Assembly: GCF_036321535.1 (NCBI RefSeq)
Contig: NC_087437.1
Span: forward strand, 103,108,001 to 103,172,000
DNA length: 64,000 bases
Origin: Camelus dromedarius
Lineage: Eukaryota
Reading direction: 5' to 3'
Below the pieces are notes generated by a model. That model was not told where the DNA came from and searched no databases. It was given only the letters and a program-made list of their open reading frames with translations. Shown here piece by piece: positions 39,916 to 53,703 of this stretch (the first letter of the stretch is position 1; every line of letters begins with the position of its first letter). The position numbers and the translations under genes are program-made.

Positions 39916-42900
39916 AGCAACATATCTTGTGAACATAGGAGACATTTTGATAAATACCATCAATGTCTTCTGGGTGTTTGCATACATAGTTTGATATATG
40001 ATGCTGTCAGTGGCTTTAAAAATATTAAGAACAACACTTTCCATGTTAAATAATCATTTATTCATATGCAACTAGCATTTTCAAATATGCAGGTATAATT
40101 TTCATTCTAAAATATAACAATTTATTCAGACATCTCTTTTGATCTCTTAATAAGTGTGATGACAGCATAGTTCTTAACAATGGAGATAAAGTTGGTCACA
40201 GTGAAATTATAATAGGGCATAGAAATAGGCATAGAGATGCCCCTCATACTCATGAGGGGGATGTTTCACCTCCATGGTTCCCACTTCCCACTTCTTTTGC
40301 CATTACTGCAATAAAGTTCCAGTGAGAAGAGGGGAGTGATTAGCTAAACTGAAGCATGAGCACTCATCTCCGTAATTCTCTTAGCAGCTCAGTGAAGTAT
40401 ATGAGATGTTATACCCATTTTATAGAGGAAAGTTATGTTCACAAGCTATGAAGTAATATATAAAAACACAGTTTGTTATTATTGTATCTATTTTTATGAT
40501 AATGATTTAAATAATTAGTGGGATCAAATATTGACTCAATCAAAGCACTCCCAAGGGCAGAATCTTCTTTTTATGGTACCATTTACTACACATGATCTTA
40601 ATAGGTCAAATCCTTTTCTTTAAAGAGCATTTTTATTTTCACATTCTCACAAGTAACACCAAAGAACCTACAGCTGTTCCTTTCTAGAATTATTTTTTTT
40701 AATAGAAGATATTTCACTGTGCTTTGATTAAATCTGAAAAACCCTGAACAAGGTCTTTCTATTAAACTGTGATTTCATACTCATGGGCAAGAATTGGTCC
40801 TGTCCTCTTGGTCTATTTCCCATCTTTAGAAAACTGAACTAAATACTTTTAAAAATACCTTTTATCAAAATGCCAAATACAAATAAAATTAGAGATAGAG
40901 ACAGATTTTTTTAAAAAGATTACATCATGAAAAATGTTTCTTCAAATGTACCTGCTAGTAAGAATCTTACTTTCTAGGTAGGAAGCATACTTTGTTTTTT
41001 GATTTAAATACCTATGTTGGAGCAAATTTTAAAATGTAGAACAAATAAAGGTAAATGAAATTGCAACTATATAGTTAACAGTTATCATCCCTTCCTTAAA
41101 GTTTTCTTCTTCCAATACATCATGATCTGACAAGACATTCTGTGTATTTATACATGTATTTTTAGACGTTTTTCTTGAAACATTTTAACTTTTAAACTTC
41201 ATCAAATGATTTTATTTGTAATTTTCTTTCATCATTGCCATATTTAACTTTTAACTGTAAACTTTTCATGTTAAACCTTAATACAATGATTTTGCCTTTT
41301 CTTCATTAATTGACATACTTTTCTAATCAAGTCACCTTCTCCGGGACAGTTTTAGGGGTGGAAGTCTGCTGTAAGCTGTCTGCTAGTAACTGGGGACAGC
41401 CTGCCTCAGTCCTGAAAGGGTTTCCAAGGTGCCACAGCAGCCTTTACAAAACGTACCTGTAAGACTGCTGTGAGGACTAAGTGAGGAAATGTAGTCAAGC
41501 ACCAGCACACAGTGTGTGTAGTTAACAAATGTTACATAATTACTGTTCTAGCCAAATGATAGTTCATGTTGTTCACATTTCCTTTAGGTACAAGTAAGTA
41601 TGTTGTTGTCTCTTCAGACGTAATACATAGCTTCAGACATCACAGACAGAAGCACAGTAAACTCTAATGATGGGATAGTGACCTGTTTGTTTTGGACACC
41701 ACATTTTTATTAAAAATTTCATTTGATTTTGCCATTTTTTTCCATGTAGTGTTTTTTCCTACGTCTTTTCACACAGACTGCTATTAAGTAAGGTCTCCTG
41801 CACTATGCTTCACAGTTGATTTTTTTTAAAACCTCAGTTCAGGACTCTGTACTTACCCCTGTTAGATCTCATCTTGTCCAGTTGAACTTGTCATTTTAAC
41901 CTACGGAGACCCTGTCAAATCCAATATTTTTGCTCTCTTTCCAAGACTGATTTAATTCACAAATATCATGAAGCAGTTATCTGTATTTTCACCTACGTCA
42001 TGGGTAGGCCTATCCAAGTCATTTTTGAGAACAGAGACCTGCCTACAGGTTAAGCTGTATCAATTGAACAGAATTCTGTAGATACAGAATTATAGTCACT
42101 CTACATGCACTTGAACCTGGACCATATTCTATCCCTTGTTCCATAAAACTTGAAAACAGCTTAAAATTAGTTTGCTTGAAAATATGTTTAATGATCTAGT
42201 TTGGAAAATCTACATCTTTCTCTTTTTTCCTATACTATAAGGCACATTTTTCTTTGTCTGTAAAAACTATTTATGACATCTTCTTAATCTCCTAATTCCC
42301 ATACTCTTCTGAAAAAAAGTAAACTAGTATAACTAGATATTATTTTTAGGGATCCATGCTTGCATCAATTGCGAATCATTTGTTTTATTCACTCCATGTA
42401 TAAAAGTGAGTTTCTAGTAGGTGCCAGGCACTGTTTTAGACCTTGAGAATCTGAAGATAAATAATACATAGCACTTGATTTTTACAAATAAGTTAAAGAA
42501 TAAAAGATATGAGTTGCATTAGAAATATGAATCAAATGCTGGGGAACATAAAATAGAATTCTGATTATAATTCTTGGGGAAGCCTTCAAAGAGGTTAACT
42601 GTTGAGCGGATTCTGAAAGAGTGAGTACAAACAGGTCCAATGAAGAGTAGAAAACTAGAAAGAATCAAGTGCTGTGAAAAGGCATGGATTGTAAAGAAAT
42701 GAGTATTGAATCGAAGTCTGGAGGGCTTCAGTGGTAGTGATAGAAATAGAAGGTTAGTGAGAAATCAAATCATGAATCTCCTTAAAAATGTTCATCTTGT
42801 TTACACTCTGTTTCACTGTGTATACAGAAGGGATGTTTGGAGTTTTTAGTCTTAAAGCATTATGATCCACTTATCATGAAATAACATAGCATTTTAGAGA

Positions 42901-43149
42901 CTGATTTCAACATAGCACGGGGTTTCTGTGTTTCTCTAAACAGCCTAATATATATAAATGTTAACTCATTCTAAAGTAATGTTCACTGTTCCAGAAAAAA
43001 AATATATATATACACACATATAATTAGACAAATAGATTGCTTTTATTTTGGTCTAGTGTCAATATTTTAAAAAATGTCTTTTTTCCTTCTTTTCTTTTTC
43101 TTTTATCTTTTTTGCTGCAGTGGAACATAACTCTTTTTATCTTCAAAAA

Positions 43150-44715
43150 ATTGTCTTGACCTTAAAAATCCTTCTGGCTACTGCAACAGTTCTCCCCTAC
43201 TGCATCATTTCTGTTAATAAACTTCACAAAGGAACAGACTGTATTTGCTACATCTAATTATTTTCATCTTATTCTGTCACAAACATTTCCAGTCTGGTTT
43301 TTATCTCCACTGATCTGTAGATCCTACTATTATCATGGTATCCGTTGACCTTTTCATGCTCAACCCAGTGGTCAATTCTCAATCCTCATACTTCTTGATC
43401 CAGCAACAGAATATTATACAACTGAGTGTTTTGTTTTTCTCCTTGAATCATCTCCCCAGCCCCCATCACAGCCGTCATGTCACCATGCTTTCCTGGATTT
43501 TCTTCTTCCCCACTGGGCTCTTTTTGGTCTTCTTTCCTAGTTGTTCCACATCTCTCTGAACTTTAAAAATCACTGCGCTTTAGTTTATGAGGTTTCTTTT
43601 TATTTTATCTATACTCACACCCTTGTTATTCTTCTAAATTTTTTGGATTTAAATACCACCTAGACTCTGGAAACTCCAAAATGTATCTTGAGCTTGGATA
43701 TTTTCCCTGAATGCTATACTTTTATATCAAGCTAAATTCCCTCTCCACCTAGATGTTCTATAGCCAATGCAGATGTCCAGATGTCCAGAGGGAAAAGCTA
43801 ATCTCCTATATTCACCCCTACATACCTTCCTTTGGCATTCTTATTCATCTCAGTAAATGGCAACAGTCTATTTCCAGGTGTTCAGGTCAAGAGACAACCA
43901 GTCATCCTTGGTCTGCTTATTTGCTTTGCCCGTAACCCAACCCTTTAACAGGTATTGACTTTACCAACAAGGTATTTCCAGGGCCTCATTGTTCTCAGGA
44001 AATCAAGTTCTATATTCTAGTTTTTGTTTGGTTGGTTTGGTTTTGCTTTTAATGTAGGTTTTTGCAAAAATTTCTCAACTAGCTTTCCTGCTTTGGTCTA
44101 TGCCTCCATCTCTAGAGTGGAATCTAAATAAAAAATCAAGAGAGCTTATTATTATTAAAAAATAAATAAAGTATAATTCTCTTCTGTTGAAAGCATTTCA
44201 GTGGCTTACTGTTTTGTTCAGAGGTGAAGCCATAGTGATTATAAAGGTCTATCAGGCTTCCCGAGGTTTCCCATCACTCCATCCCTACTGCCCTTCCCTG
44301 GACTCCGTCTCCTGTCGCTGCACCTTGCTCATGCTGCTCTCCACAGGCCACCCCCTTCTTCAAACACTCATTTCATCTCTTTACTTAGTCTTTTCTCTCT
44401 CTAATACTTTCATGTGAGTCGTTTTCTTACCCTTTCAGTCCTTGGTCAAATATTACTTTTTTAACAAAGGTATTTCTGTCTGCGTAATTTAAAATTACAA
44501 CATGCCAAGTCTGCTCCCTATCCCCACCTAAATGATCTCCCTTGCCTGCTTAATTTTTGACCATAGTACTTATAATAAATAATTTATATGTGATAGTCAC
44601 TTTTATGTAGTTAGCATATAATCTCTGTAAGAGAGGTGACTGCTGTCTCAATTTTTATCCTAGAACATAGAAAATTGCCTGACTCATAGCAGATTTAGAT
44701 GAATTATTGAATGTA
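43150..44715 (+). mobile_element. Long L2 LINE fragment (RT remnant to 3' end)
   Basis: 'ccagtctggtttttatctcc', 'ccagtggtcaattctcaatcctcatacttcttga' and 3' end 'cctagaacatagaaaattgcctgactcatag...tattgaatg'. Confidence 0.75.
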
Positions 44716-47179
44716 CAAAGGATTCAGTGTGTTTGATTTGATTTGCTTATGAGTGTTAGTTGAAATGCTCAGTTAGTAATGGGACGTGGGACTCCATGAC
44801 TTGTGACAAGGATCAAGACTTGGATATATTTAAAGAAATAATTTCCATTGGCACCTTGGGATTCAATGAGCGTATGAATGGAGAATATTAGAGGTAAATG
44901 ATATAATCAAGGGCAGATCCCTGGAGTACCTCAGCTTACTTGATGGATTTAAAAGTATATGAACAGATAAAATTGAAAAGAATTATTCAGAGTTAGTAAA
45001 ACTACTTGTGAGAAGAAAATTTTAAACATATGTGATCAAACGTTGTGAAAAAAATCAATAGATAATGATTTGATTTGGCATTTGGAGAAAACCAGATGGG
45101 CAAAGAAATGAGAAGGAATTTTCAGGGTTTCAGATGTGACACAGGTTGGCTAGAACGTCAGATTAAGTTTACAACTGAAATAGCTATGTAAGTATAAAAA
45201 TATAATGTTTATTGGAAATAAGGTGACCACTCAGAGCAGAAGCAGATGGAACCCATCTCAGAATGGTCCCTGAAGTGCATGCAGTTGATAGTGATGCTCT
45301 ACACAGTAGAGTCTTCATAAATCTAGGAAATTCAATTCTTTGGTTGGTAATTCCCTTAATATTTGGGACTTTTATCAGATGGAGACTGCTGAAGAAACCA
45401 AGAAGAAAATAATTTATTATAGACAGTTGAGTCATTAGAGACTCAACATACAGTCATTAGAGAGGCTGAGGGCAGAGGAGATGTGAGACAGCCACCAGTC
45501 CTCAGGCCTCAAGGTCGCAATATACCTCAAGTGAAGTCCAAGGTCAAGTCTGCAGCTGCTAACCAAAGGTCACAAAGTGCTAGAGCCAAGCTGCCCCTCT
45601 GCTGATATCAGAGCTACCTGGCACCAGAAACTGTGTGACTAGACTATGGAGTAGGGAATACAGCTGCTTCCATCAGCCACATCTCTAGATTCTCTTGTCC
45701 AAGTGCACCTCCTCAGAAAAGTGGGGATGGTACTCACTTTCCATTAGCATTTTAAGCCACCAACAGGTGCAACTCAGTTTAAGTACCTTCATGGTGCTAA
45801 CAACCATAGCAGCAAGTGAGTCTTGGAAATAAAAATGTTTGCCTCCCATACCTTATGATAAAGAGGACTAGCTTAGATGACAGAAATGGGTGCAGAGTAT
45901 CAATAGAAAATATTTAAGATAAGATTTCAAACATGATTCTGGATAAATAAATATAAATATTCACTTAAGTACTTTCACTTAAGAAAGCTGACAATTATCA
46001 AACTCTTCTGATTGCTCTAAGTTCAGGTATATCACATCTCCTCATCTGTGGGGAAAGAACTGAGTCACTGACACTAAACCATATCTTAGTAGTCAGCTTC
46101 CCAGCATTCTAGGAAACCAAATTTCCAGAAAAAGTAAAGCTGTTGGGGCAGAAGGTAGGAACAACCTATTCAAGCAGTGTGACAGGGAAACCAGAGAAGA
46201 GTTTGTTGCCTGGGAAGAGAGTAGGACTGAAGAAAGTTTGTCATTTGGGAGATCTTTATAATTCATGGCAATAAAACAGAGAAGAAAGAGAAAGTGAAAC
46301 TTCAGAAGAGAAGAAAAAGGAAGAAAAGAGCTACCTGATGAGGCAGTGTTCTGCAGAAGAGAAGAGTAAAAGAAATGCCATTCAGAAATGGAGGGTTTAG
46401 TCTCGGAAAAGAGGAGGGCAGACTTCTATTATAGGTTAGTCCAGAAGTGACAGGTACCCTTGGAGTGAGCTTGCTTGATGATTTCTATTTTTCACTTTTG
46501 GTATTAAGGTCTATTATTGCCTGAGAATTTGAGGACACAGTGGAGGAAAAGAGTTTGAAAATCAAAAACACACACATCTCCACAACTCATCTTTTCTGTT
46601 ACTGTTGGAGTCTACATTTTTGACTCTCACCTTATCCTGAATCCTGAGAAAATACTGTTTTGTAGTCCTATGATTCATCTTCAGTTTGACAATGTTTTTG
46701 AAAAAGCTTGCTCATCCAAGATATCCTTTGCATATCCTTATATTCTTCAACTCTCTTTTCTTCCACATGAATATCTTTGGATATGTGCTTTCAGAATTTT
46801 GCTTTATAAAAGGGGTGTCTTCACTTTGGGATGCCTTTTTGTTAGACAGAGGCACATCATATGTGATGTATCATTTCCAATTTGTTTCCGAACATCTGTG
46901 TATATATCTGCTATTGCCCTCTGCCTTTTTCATCAGGTTTCTTGTACTTCCACTTCACTTTTAGTTCCTTTCCGTTTAATTTTATTGTTTTATCATAATT
47001 AAAGTCAGAGGAGCAACTCCTCTTATTGTTCCTCTATCTACTACAAGATGAAAAAAAATTACCAAGGCAGACTTTGTATAAGTTTTCTCATTTATACTTT
47101 GATCAAACTATGACTTCAGGCATATATTTAAACATCAAACTGTTTATCAGCATTATTTATATAGTGACAGCCTTTTTAA

Positions 47180-47775
47180 AGAAAGGATAAGTGAGAATAA
47201 TATTTGTAAATGTCCCGTGATTTATATCCATCAAGTTACCCTCACAGCAGCAATTTTAATGGTGTTGTTATTATTAACATTTTGCATATAAAGAAACAGA
47301 GACCCAGTAAGTCTAACTTGCCCGGAGTCATACAGCAACTCCATAGGCTGTTCCTGTCTGACTCCTAGATTATGACACCAGCTCCTTGCTATCATACACA
47401 GCAAATGTTTCTAAGCTGAACCTCCATATTGTGCCTATTACCTACTATTTGACTAAAACATTGATAGATGTCAATGGATAAAAAATAAATAGTAAGAGGA
47501 TAGTTATCAGGGAAGGATAGCAAAAACTCTGATGACTGACATTTACTAGGTGCTTACTATATTTCAGGTTCTGATTTAAGTGTTCAGCACTAATTAATCC
47601 TCATAGCATCCTGAGAAGCGATATTATTCTAATCTCCATTTTAGGGAGAAAAATACTAATGCTTGAAAAGGTTAAGAGATGTGTCCAAGGTTGCAGTTGA
47701 CAAAAGTAACATGACCAGACTTTGGATCCATAGATTCTGGTGATATACATCCAAGCTCTTCATCCAACTGTATAT
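47180..47775 (-). mobile_element. Two adjacent MIR SINE fragments
   Basis: 'aagaaacagagacccagtaagtctaacttgcccggagtcatacagc' and 'taatcctcatagcatcctgagaag...ctccattttag'. Confidence 0.65.
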
Positions 47776-50409
47776 TTGTACTAGCAGAGGTGAAAAGAAA
47801 GAGTAAATAAACATGTTTGCATGATTGTTCTATTTATGTATTCAGTGATTGATGGCATTCATTAATTATTGAGATGGAAAGTGCTGAGAAATAATTTAGA
47901 AAAATATGCTAATGATGGGAGCGTTGTGTTTGGAATTCAGCATCCACAAGCCCCCTTTGAAACACTGGGCTGTGTTTAATAACCTTTTACTATATGATCT
48001 TCTGTTTGCATACAACCAGTGAGGTTAGACATTTCAGGCTTGTGAAAGCCTGACTGAAAAGTCTAAGTTTGATGTTGTAAGGAGGAGGAAGTTCCTGAAT
48101 ATCCTCCTCAGGGAAGTAATGTGATTAGAGTGGTGCTTTAGATTGATTTTGCATTTATGTGCCATATGGATTGAAATTTGGTGGAGTGTCCAATAGAAAA
48201 GGAAGCTGAGAGCCACTAATGGCATTACAGGTAGAAGCAGATAGAGCCTGAGCTAGGGAATTAGCAGTGGAAACAAGAAGGAAAAGATGAATGCAAGAAT
48301 TATAATGCAGGAAAGTGAAAATAACTTTGTGACTAATTTTGATTCATATCAGAGGTAGAATCAAGGATGAATGTTATTACAGAACAATTGAGAAAGTGCA
48401 GAGAAGAGAGATTTTGGATCGAGACATATCGGACACTGTTCACTTGGACATTTTCTGTTCCTTTGTAAACTCTCTTTAATTACTGAAATATTTAATTCAT
48501 CATATATTTCCTGAGGACTGAGTGTGTTCTAGTCACTTTTTTCAGTGATACATGTATGGACGTATGTGTGTATAAATTCTGTACGTCAAATATTTTGTCC
48601 CCTTCTTCAAAAAAAATTCATAATTTGGTAGTCAGTAAGTGGCTGGACATATAAAATCAGAATATAAAAAAGAATGTTAAGGAAGATTCTAAAGCTATAG
48701 TCATAAACATGCTTTTCTTTTTAGTCAGGAAACAGAAAGGAGAAGCCAAAAAAAATACATTTAAATGAAAAAAACAGAATGAGAGTCAGCAGGTCTGAAA
48801 ATAATCTATATGTCTAGAAAAAGATACCCTCTGGCTGATATTTTGGTGATGGTACTTTTGTGCTGAGAAATAAAGACTCTTATTTTGTGGTTGGTGTACA
48901 GCTTAGCAAATGGTGGCTACTTCTGCACTCAGGGTAAGAACCCAGAACCAAGTACACATGTAAGGTCAAAGGCTAGGGTGCAGAAAAATACATCTCTGCC
49001 TCCTCTTCCAGTACTTACAACCTTTCCTTTTGAAATGTATCGTCAAACTAAAGGTTATGATTGCCATGATATCCAACTTAGACCTAGTTGGCATTAGAGA
49101 GTCACTCAGTGTGGGGTGAAGAATTGGCAGTTTTATTTAGAACAACCAATGTGCATGTATTTTTTTCTCTGCAAACTTTAGATCAAATCTGCAGATGAAA
49201 AGAACCTACAGTTATAACCTAGGAATTAAAGAAACATGAAAACTATGATAATGTTTGTATATGACAGCTTAAATAAATTATCAAGATAATTTAAAATGTT
49301 TATTTCCAGATAAGATTTTAATAGCAATATGACTTTGGAATGTCACCATATACTGCACATTTAGTTCTGAACTTTAGAATTATAACATACTGCACTTCAT
49401 AAAAATCTCCAAATTATTTACAATTACTAATTAGAACTGAAATGTACACTGTTAGATTTCTTTACAATATTCATATCCAAAAGGCCATAAATCTGCCTTC
49501 TTGGGTCTTGCCCAGGACCATTTATAAGGCATATTTTTATGTGATCTACAGTGTTCTTTTTAACTCTAGCAAATAAGACACATTTGACTTTTGACAGCAA
49601 CCAGAGATTTTTATATGAATGTTTGATTGTATCGGAACAGAAATTTACATTTACTGTATTGTTTTCTTTTCTTTCTTTTTCTTTTTTATTTTGGATCATC
49701 CTATACCATTGTTACTTTATTTTCAATCAAGTATCTTTTTCTTTTTGTTTTTGTAAGGTTAATTCCAAACATGGAACTATGTATTTATTTATATATTTAT
49801 GTAATATATGCATATCATTTACATAAGTTATGTGTACATTTCCAATCTTTATGTTTTGTTCAAATGCGAAAGAAGGAGAGATTGAGAGATCTTTAATGTT
49901 TAACATGCTTCTGATTATTCATGTTTCTCGAGCAGAGGTTTCATTGATTTTCCTCATCAAAACTCTTTTCTCGCTTACTGTCTCTTGTTGCCTTTTCAGC
50001 CTTTCAACTAATTCTTTATAAAGCTTTCTGTACTAGAAAATAAAATGAAGTTTCACCCAGGATATCTTCAGAGTTTGAAATAGTGTGAGTAATGGATTAA
50101 TACAAATACACACAAAAGGAAGATTTTATAGCTGTTTTTTTAAATACAGGAATTAAAGCTTAAATATCTCAACTAAAGATTTATTTTAATTAATTGATAC
50201 ATAAATGAAATTTTAGAACATAACTTATAGTTGTTTTTCGTTCATAATGACAATTTCTCTAAACTTAACACTTGCATCCAAATTATTGATATAATTTAAT
50301 GAACAAAAAGAAAATAATCTCACATTTTCACAAAAGATAATTATTTATGCTAATGATTAAATAAAGTCTCTATTTCGTCTTATATTTTAGTTGTACTTGC
50401 ATTCTCCCT

Positions 50410-50411
<2 letters not shown>

Positions 50412-50450
<39 letters not shown>
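50412..50450. repeat. Perfect (CA)~19 microsatellite
   Basis: Directly visible, ~310 nt upstream of the exon at 50758. Confidence 0.95.
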
Positions 50451-50452
<2 letters not shown>

Positions 50453-50757
50453 ACTCACAAGCTTGTTTTGAATGCAAATAAAGCGCTATGTTGCATAGTA
50501 AAGACAGAAGTCATATTATTCCCTCAATAAATGAAATTTGATATTGAATATTTTACTCTTTATTTGCTATGGTAATAAAGTGTCTACTTTCTTGCAGTCT
50601 GAAGAGATCATTCAGCGGTTTATGCAAGCTTTGTAATTCAAATATGCTAAGTGATGTAGGCAGCAGTTTTCCTTTGTTCCTGTTCCTCAGAGCATCGTCT
50701 GAATAGTGGCCATCCACGTTACCTGGGTTATAGTTCCTTTTTTTCATTCCTTTGTAG

Positions 50758-50931
50758 ATGTGCCATCCAGTCCCTACGGAGTGAAGATTATAGAGCTGTC
50801 ACAGACCACAGCCAAGGTCTCTTTCAGCAAGCCGGACTCCCACGGAGGTGTGCCTATTCACCACTATCAGGTGGACGTCAAAGAGGTGTCGTCAGAAACC
50901 TGGAAAATAGTACGCTCCCATGGAGTTCAAA
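50758..50931 (+). CDS. NCAM2: NCAM2 coding exon (~exon 12, 174 nt), N-terminal half of first FnIII domain
   Basis: cctttgtag|ATGTGCCA ... GTTCAAA|gtaagt. G+AT=Asp. Encodes [57 protein letters not shown]. Confidence 0.97.
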
Positions 50932-53051
50932 GTAAGTCAGTGATTCCAAAGTGCGGTGGCTAATTCAGCCTGATCTTCAATATACCTGGGTGATTAGCTT
51001 TTTATTTTCCTTCAACATGTGCTTTTTAAATTCTTTTAATAAGATAAAGTTGGGAAGACACTTCCACTGTCTGATTCTTGAGAATAGCTTTAATGAAGCA
51101 TAGAAAAGTTCCCATCTTTAGTAAAGATTAAAGAGCTTAGCAAAATTACCAGAGTTTAATCCCATGGAGGAAAAAAGTTAGTATTTAAAACTTCCGTGTT
51201 GGAAAATAAATTGCTGACATGTTACATTTGATGGCTGAATGTTGTCAAATGTGCGTTTGGTTTTGTTTTTCACTTATTAATAGTAGTTCTTTCATAAGGA
51301 TGTATGAAAATCATAATGTAAAATGTAGATGTCTTGTATATGTATTTATGAAGCCATCTATAAAAATTGACCTTGCACACCAAATTTACTTCACAGTTGT
51401 GTTTTGAAAACTCAAAATTTTACAACGAATCATGGCATTTTGAATAGTAGAATTAGCTAATTCTGAGAAGTTAAAACAATTTACAACACTTCTTTTCACT
51501 CATGTGGAACTTCATCACATTGTAAAAATGTGATTTGTTTTTCCCATTATTTGGAGAAGAAACTAAATTAGGGAATAATAATAAATTACCAGATTTTTAT
51601 TATGTTAGTTGTGACAGAACTACATTGAGTGGCCCAAAAAGACAGTATAAAATACTGAAGGAAGTATTACCGCATAGTTTCCCTGCTCTGAGGTTCTGCC
51701 TTGACCCTAACATATATGGTGTAAGGGTTCTAAAAGCGGTATGAGCCCTCCTGTGAAGAACTGTCCTAGTGGACAATGGAGACAGAACAGATAAAATTCT
51801 AAACTCACCTGTGTTGGCACCTGCTTGTTCAGTTTTGACTGAGAGTAGCTATAGGTTTTTGATAGAAGTGTCAGAAATATGATCAATCATCATCCCCCAC
51901 ATTCTCCAAATAATGCCCCCAAACAGGTCAGCTCTTATCATTTCTTCTAATGATGAGAGATAGTTAATGTTCTTTGTGCACATGCTATATCATGCAAGAG
52001 AGAAGACTTACAAAGATCACTCACAAAAGAGTAATGAGTGAGTTCAACTCTAGTAAAACAAATCATTATCCTAGATGCAGGCATATTTTTTTAAGAGAGA
52101 GAAGACGAGAGGGTGAAAAGTGAGAGACAGAAAGAGAAAATAAAGTCATTCTGACACTGCAGAACACTCAGAGTGGTTATTCAAGCACAAACATGAAGAA
52201 GAGAAGTATGAAGTCTGAACATCGCAGAAATTACACTTGGCAGAATGGTACTGCCACACCCCACCCCTCCACGCTGGGTGAGAGGGAGAAGGTGAATGTA
52301 TTTTCCCAAGACTTCATACAAAGTTGCAACACCAGGGAGGATTTATAATGGCCTTGGACTGGCCGAGTTCTTCAGGTTCAAAAATGTGATTTTGTGCCCC
52401 ATGTATATATCTCTCAGAAGCAGATTTCCATGATTATAAAAGTGATACATAATAACAAAGAACATTTGTTAATTTATAATGAAAAATCACTGTCCCAAAA
52501 ATGAGGCATTCATTTTTGAATTTCTTTGTATTTGAATGAGACTTTCTGGAGTCTACATGGTAAGTACATTCTTTATCTGTATGTATATCATGTGGGAAAG
52601 AAATTGTGAGTCAGAAACTTGTTTGGTGAGTCTCTAATGTCAGTAACCAAAGTCACATGAGTATGACATTTAGTGGCTTCAGACTGGGACAGCTTAAAGC
52701 TTGCCAGTAAGACCAAAATACTTAAAGTCCTGTGGTTGGAGCTTTCTCCCCCTTACATGAGGAAAATATCTGCACTGAAACTTTTTTTGTTTTCCTTGAC
52801 TTACTCTTCTTTCATAGATATGTTAATGAGTTCCTTGAATCAGATTACAATTATGTAGCCAGACTACTTCATGATATCAACTCAGTGTAGTACAAACGTG
52901 ATTTTATTAATCCAGTGACTGGTTTTACTCATTTTTTGAATCTCATTTTCTGTTATTTAACATCTTTAGCAAACACTATAAATTTATGGTCACCTTCAAG
53001 TACAAATACATTCAGTTAAGTCCTGTGCAGTTTAAAACTTATAAAGTCCAA

Positions 53052-53183
53052 TAACCTTTAATGAAAAAGAATATGAAAACAAATACATGTATGTACATGC
53101 ATGACTGAGACATTGTGCCGTACAGCAGAAATTGACACATTGTAACTGATGACACTTCAATAAAAAAATAAATTAAAAAATAA
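53052..53183 (+). mobile_element. 5'-truncated young LINE-1 (3' end only) with target-site duplication
   Basis: TSD aaaacttataaagtccaa (53034-53051) / aaaacttacaaagtccaa (53184-53201), TT|AAAA endonuclease site, AATAAA at 53159 and A-rich tail. Confidence 0.9.
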
Positions 53184-53500
53184 AAAACTTACAAAGTCCA
53201 ACTTTTATCTCTCCCATTTTCTCTGAACCACATCCTGGGGAGCTGAGAGTGGGGAGGTGGCATGAACTACATCTTCTCTTGGAAAGAGGAAAGGAGTCAG
53301 ATACCTCTCATTTTTCTGGTGCTGTCATTCTCCTTGGGCTGTCCCTGCCTTGTGTGCTCTCTGTGGGACAGATGTCAAAGTAGCTGCCCTCTGTAGATGC
53401 ATGTGTGGAGTGCAAGCACATCAGATTTTTTGGAGAGACAGTTTCCTGGGATGGAACACTGCACAGTTGACCTCCTCACCCTTGCCTTGGTAGGTTTTGC

Positions 53501-53703
53501 TTTGCATTTATGTTTTTCTCTTAATTACATATTTACATTCTTGCCCATTATCCAAACATTAGGGCTATGGAGAGGAACACTTAAGACTTGACTTTTTATG
53601 AAATGAAATCACCTTGTCATTAAGTGTTCCACTGCATAGCCCTAATATTTGGATGATGGGCATGAATGTAAATGTGTAACTTAGAGAAGAACATAAATGC
53701 AAA
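53501..53703. repeat. Long inverted repeat (arms ~53501-53587 and ~53616-53703, 28-nt spacer)
   Basis: Manual alignment of the left arm to the reverse complement of the right arm: 9 mismatches in the first 84 bp, then a 1-nt indel. Confidence 0.95.

Noticed and set aside
40965..40985. AG|GT recursive-splice-like motifs (also ~15060 and ~27654)
   Set aside because: The regenerated donors are weak (gtagga, gtaaag, gtgatg) and expected by chance.
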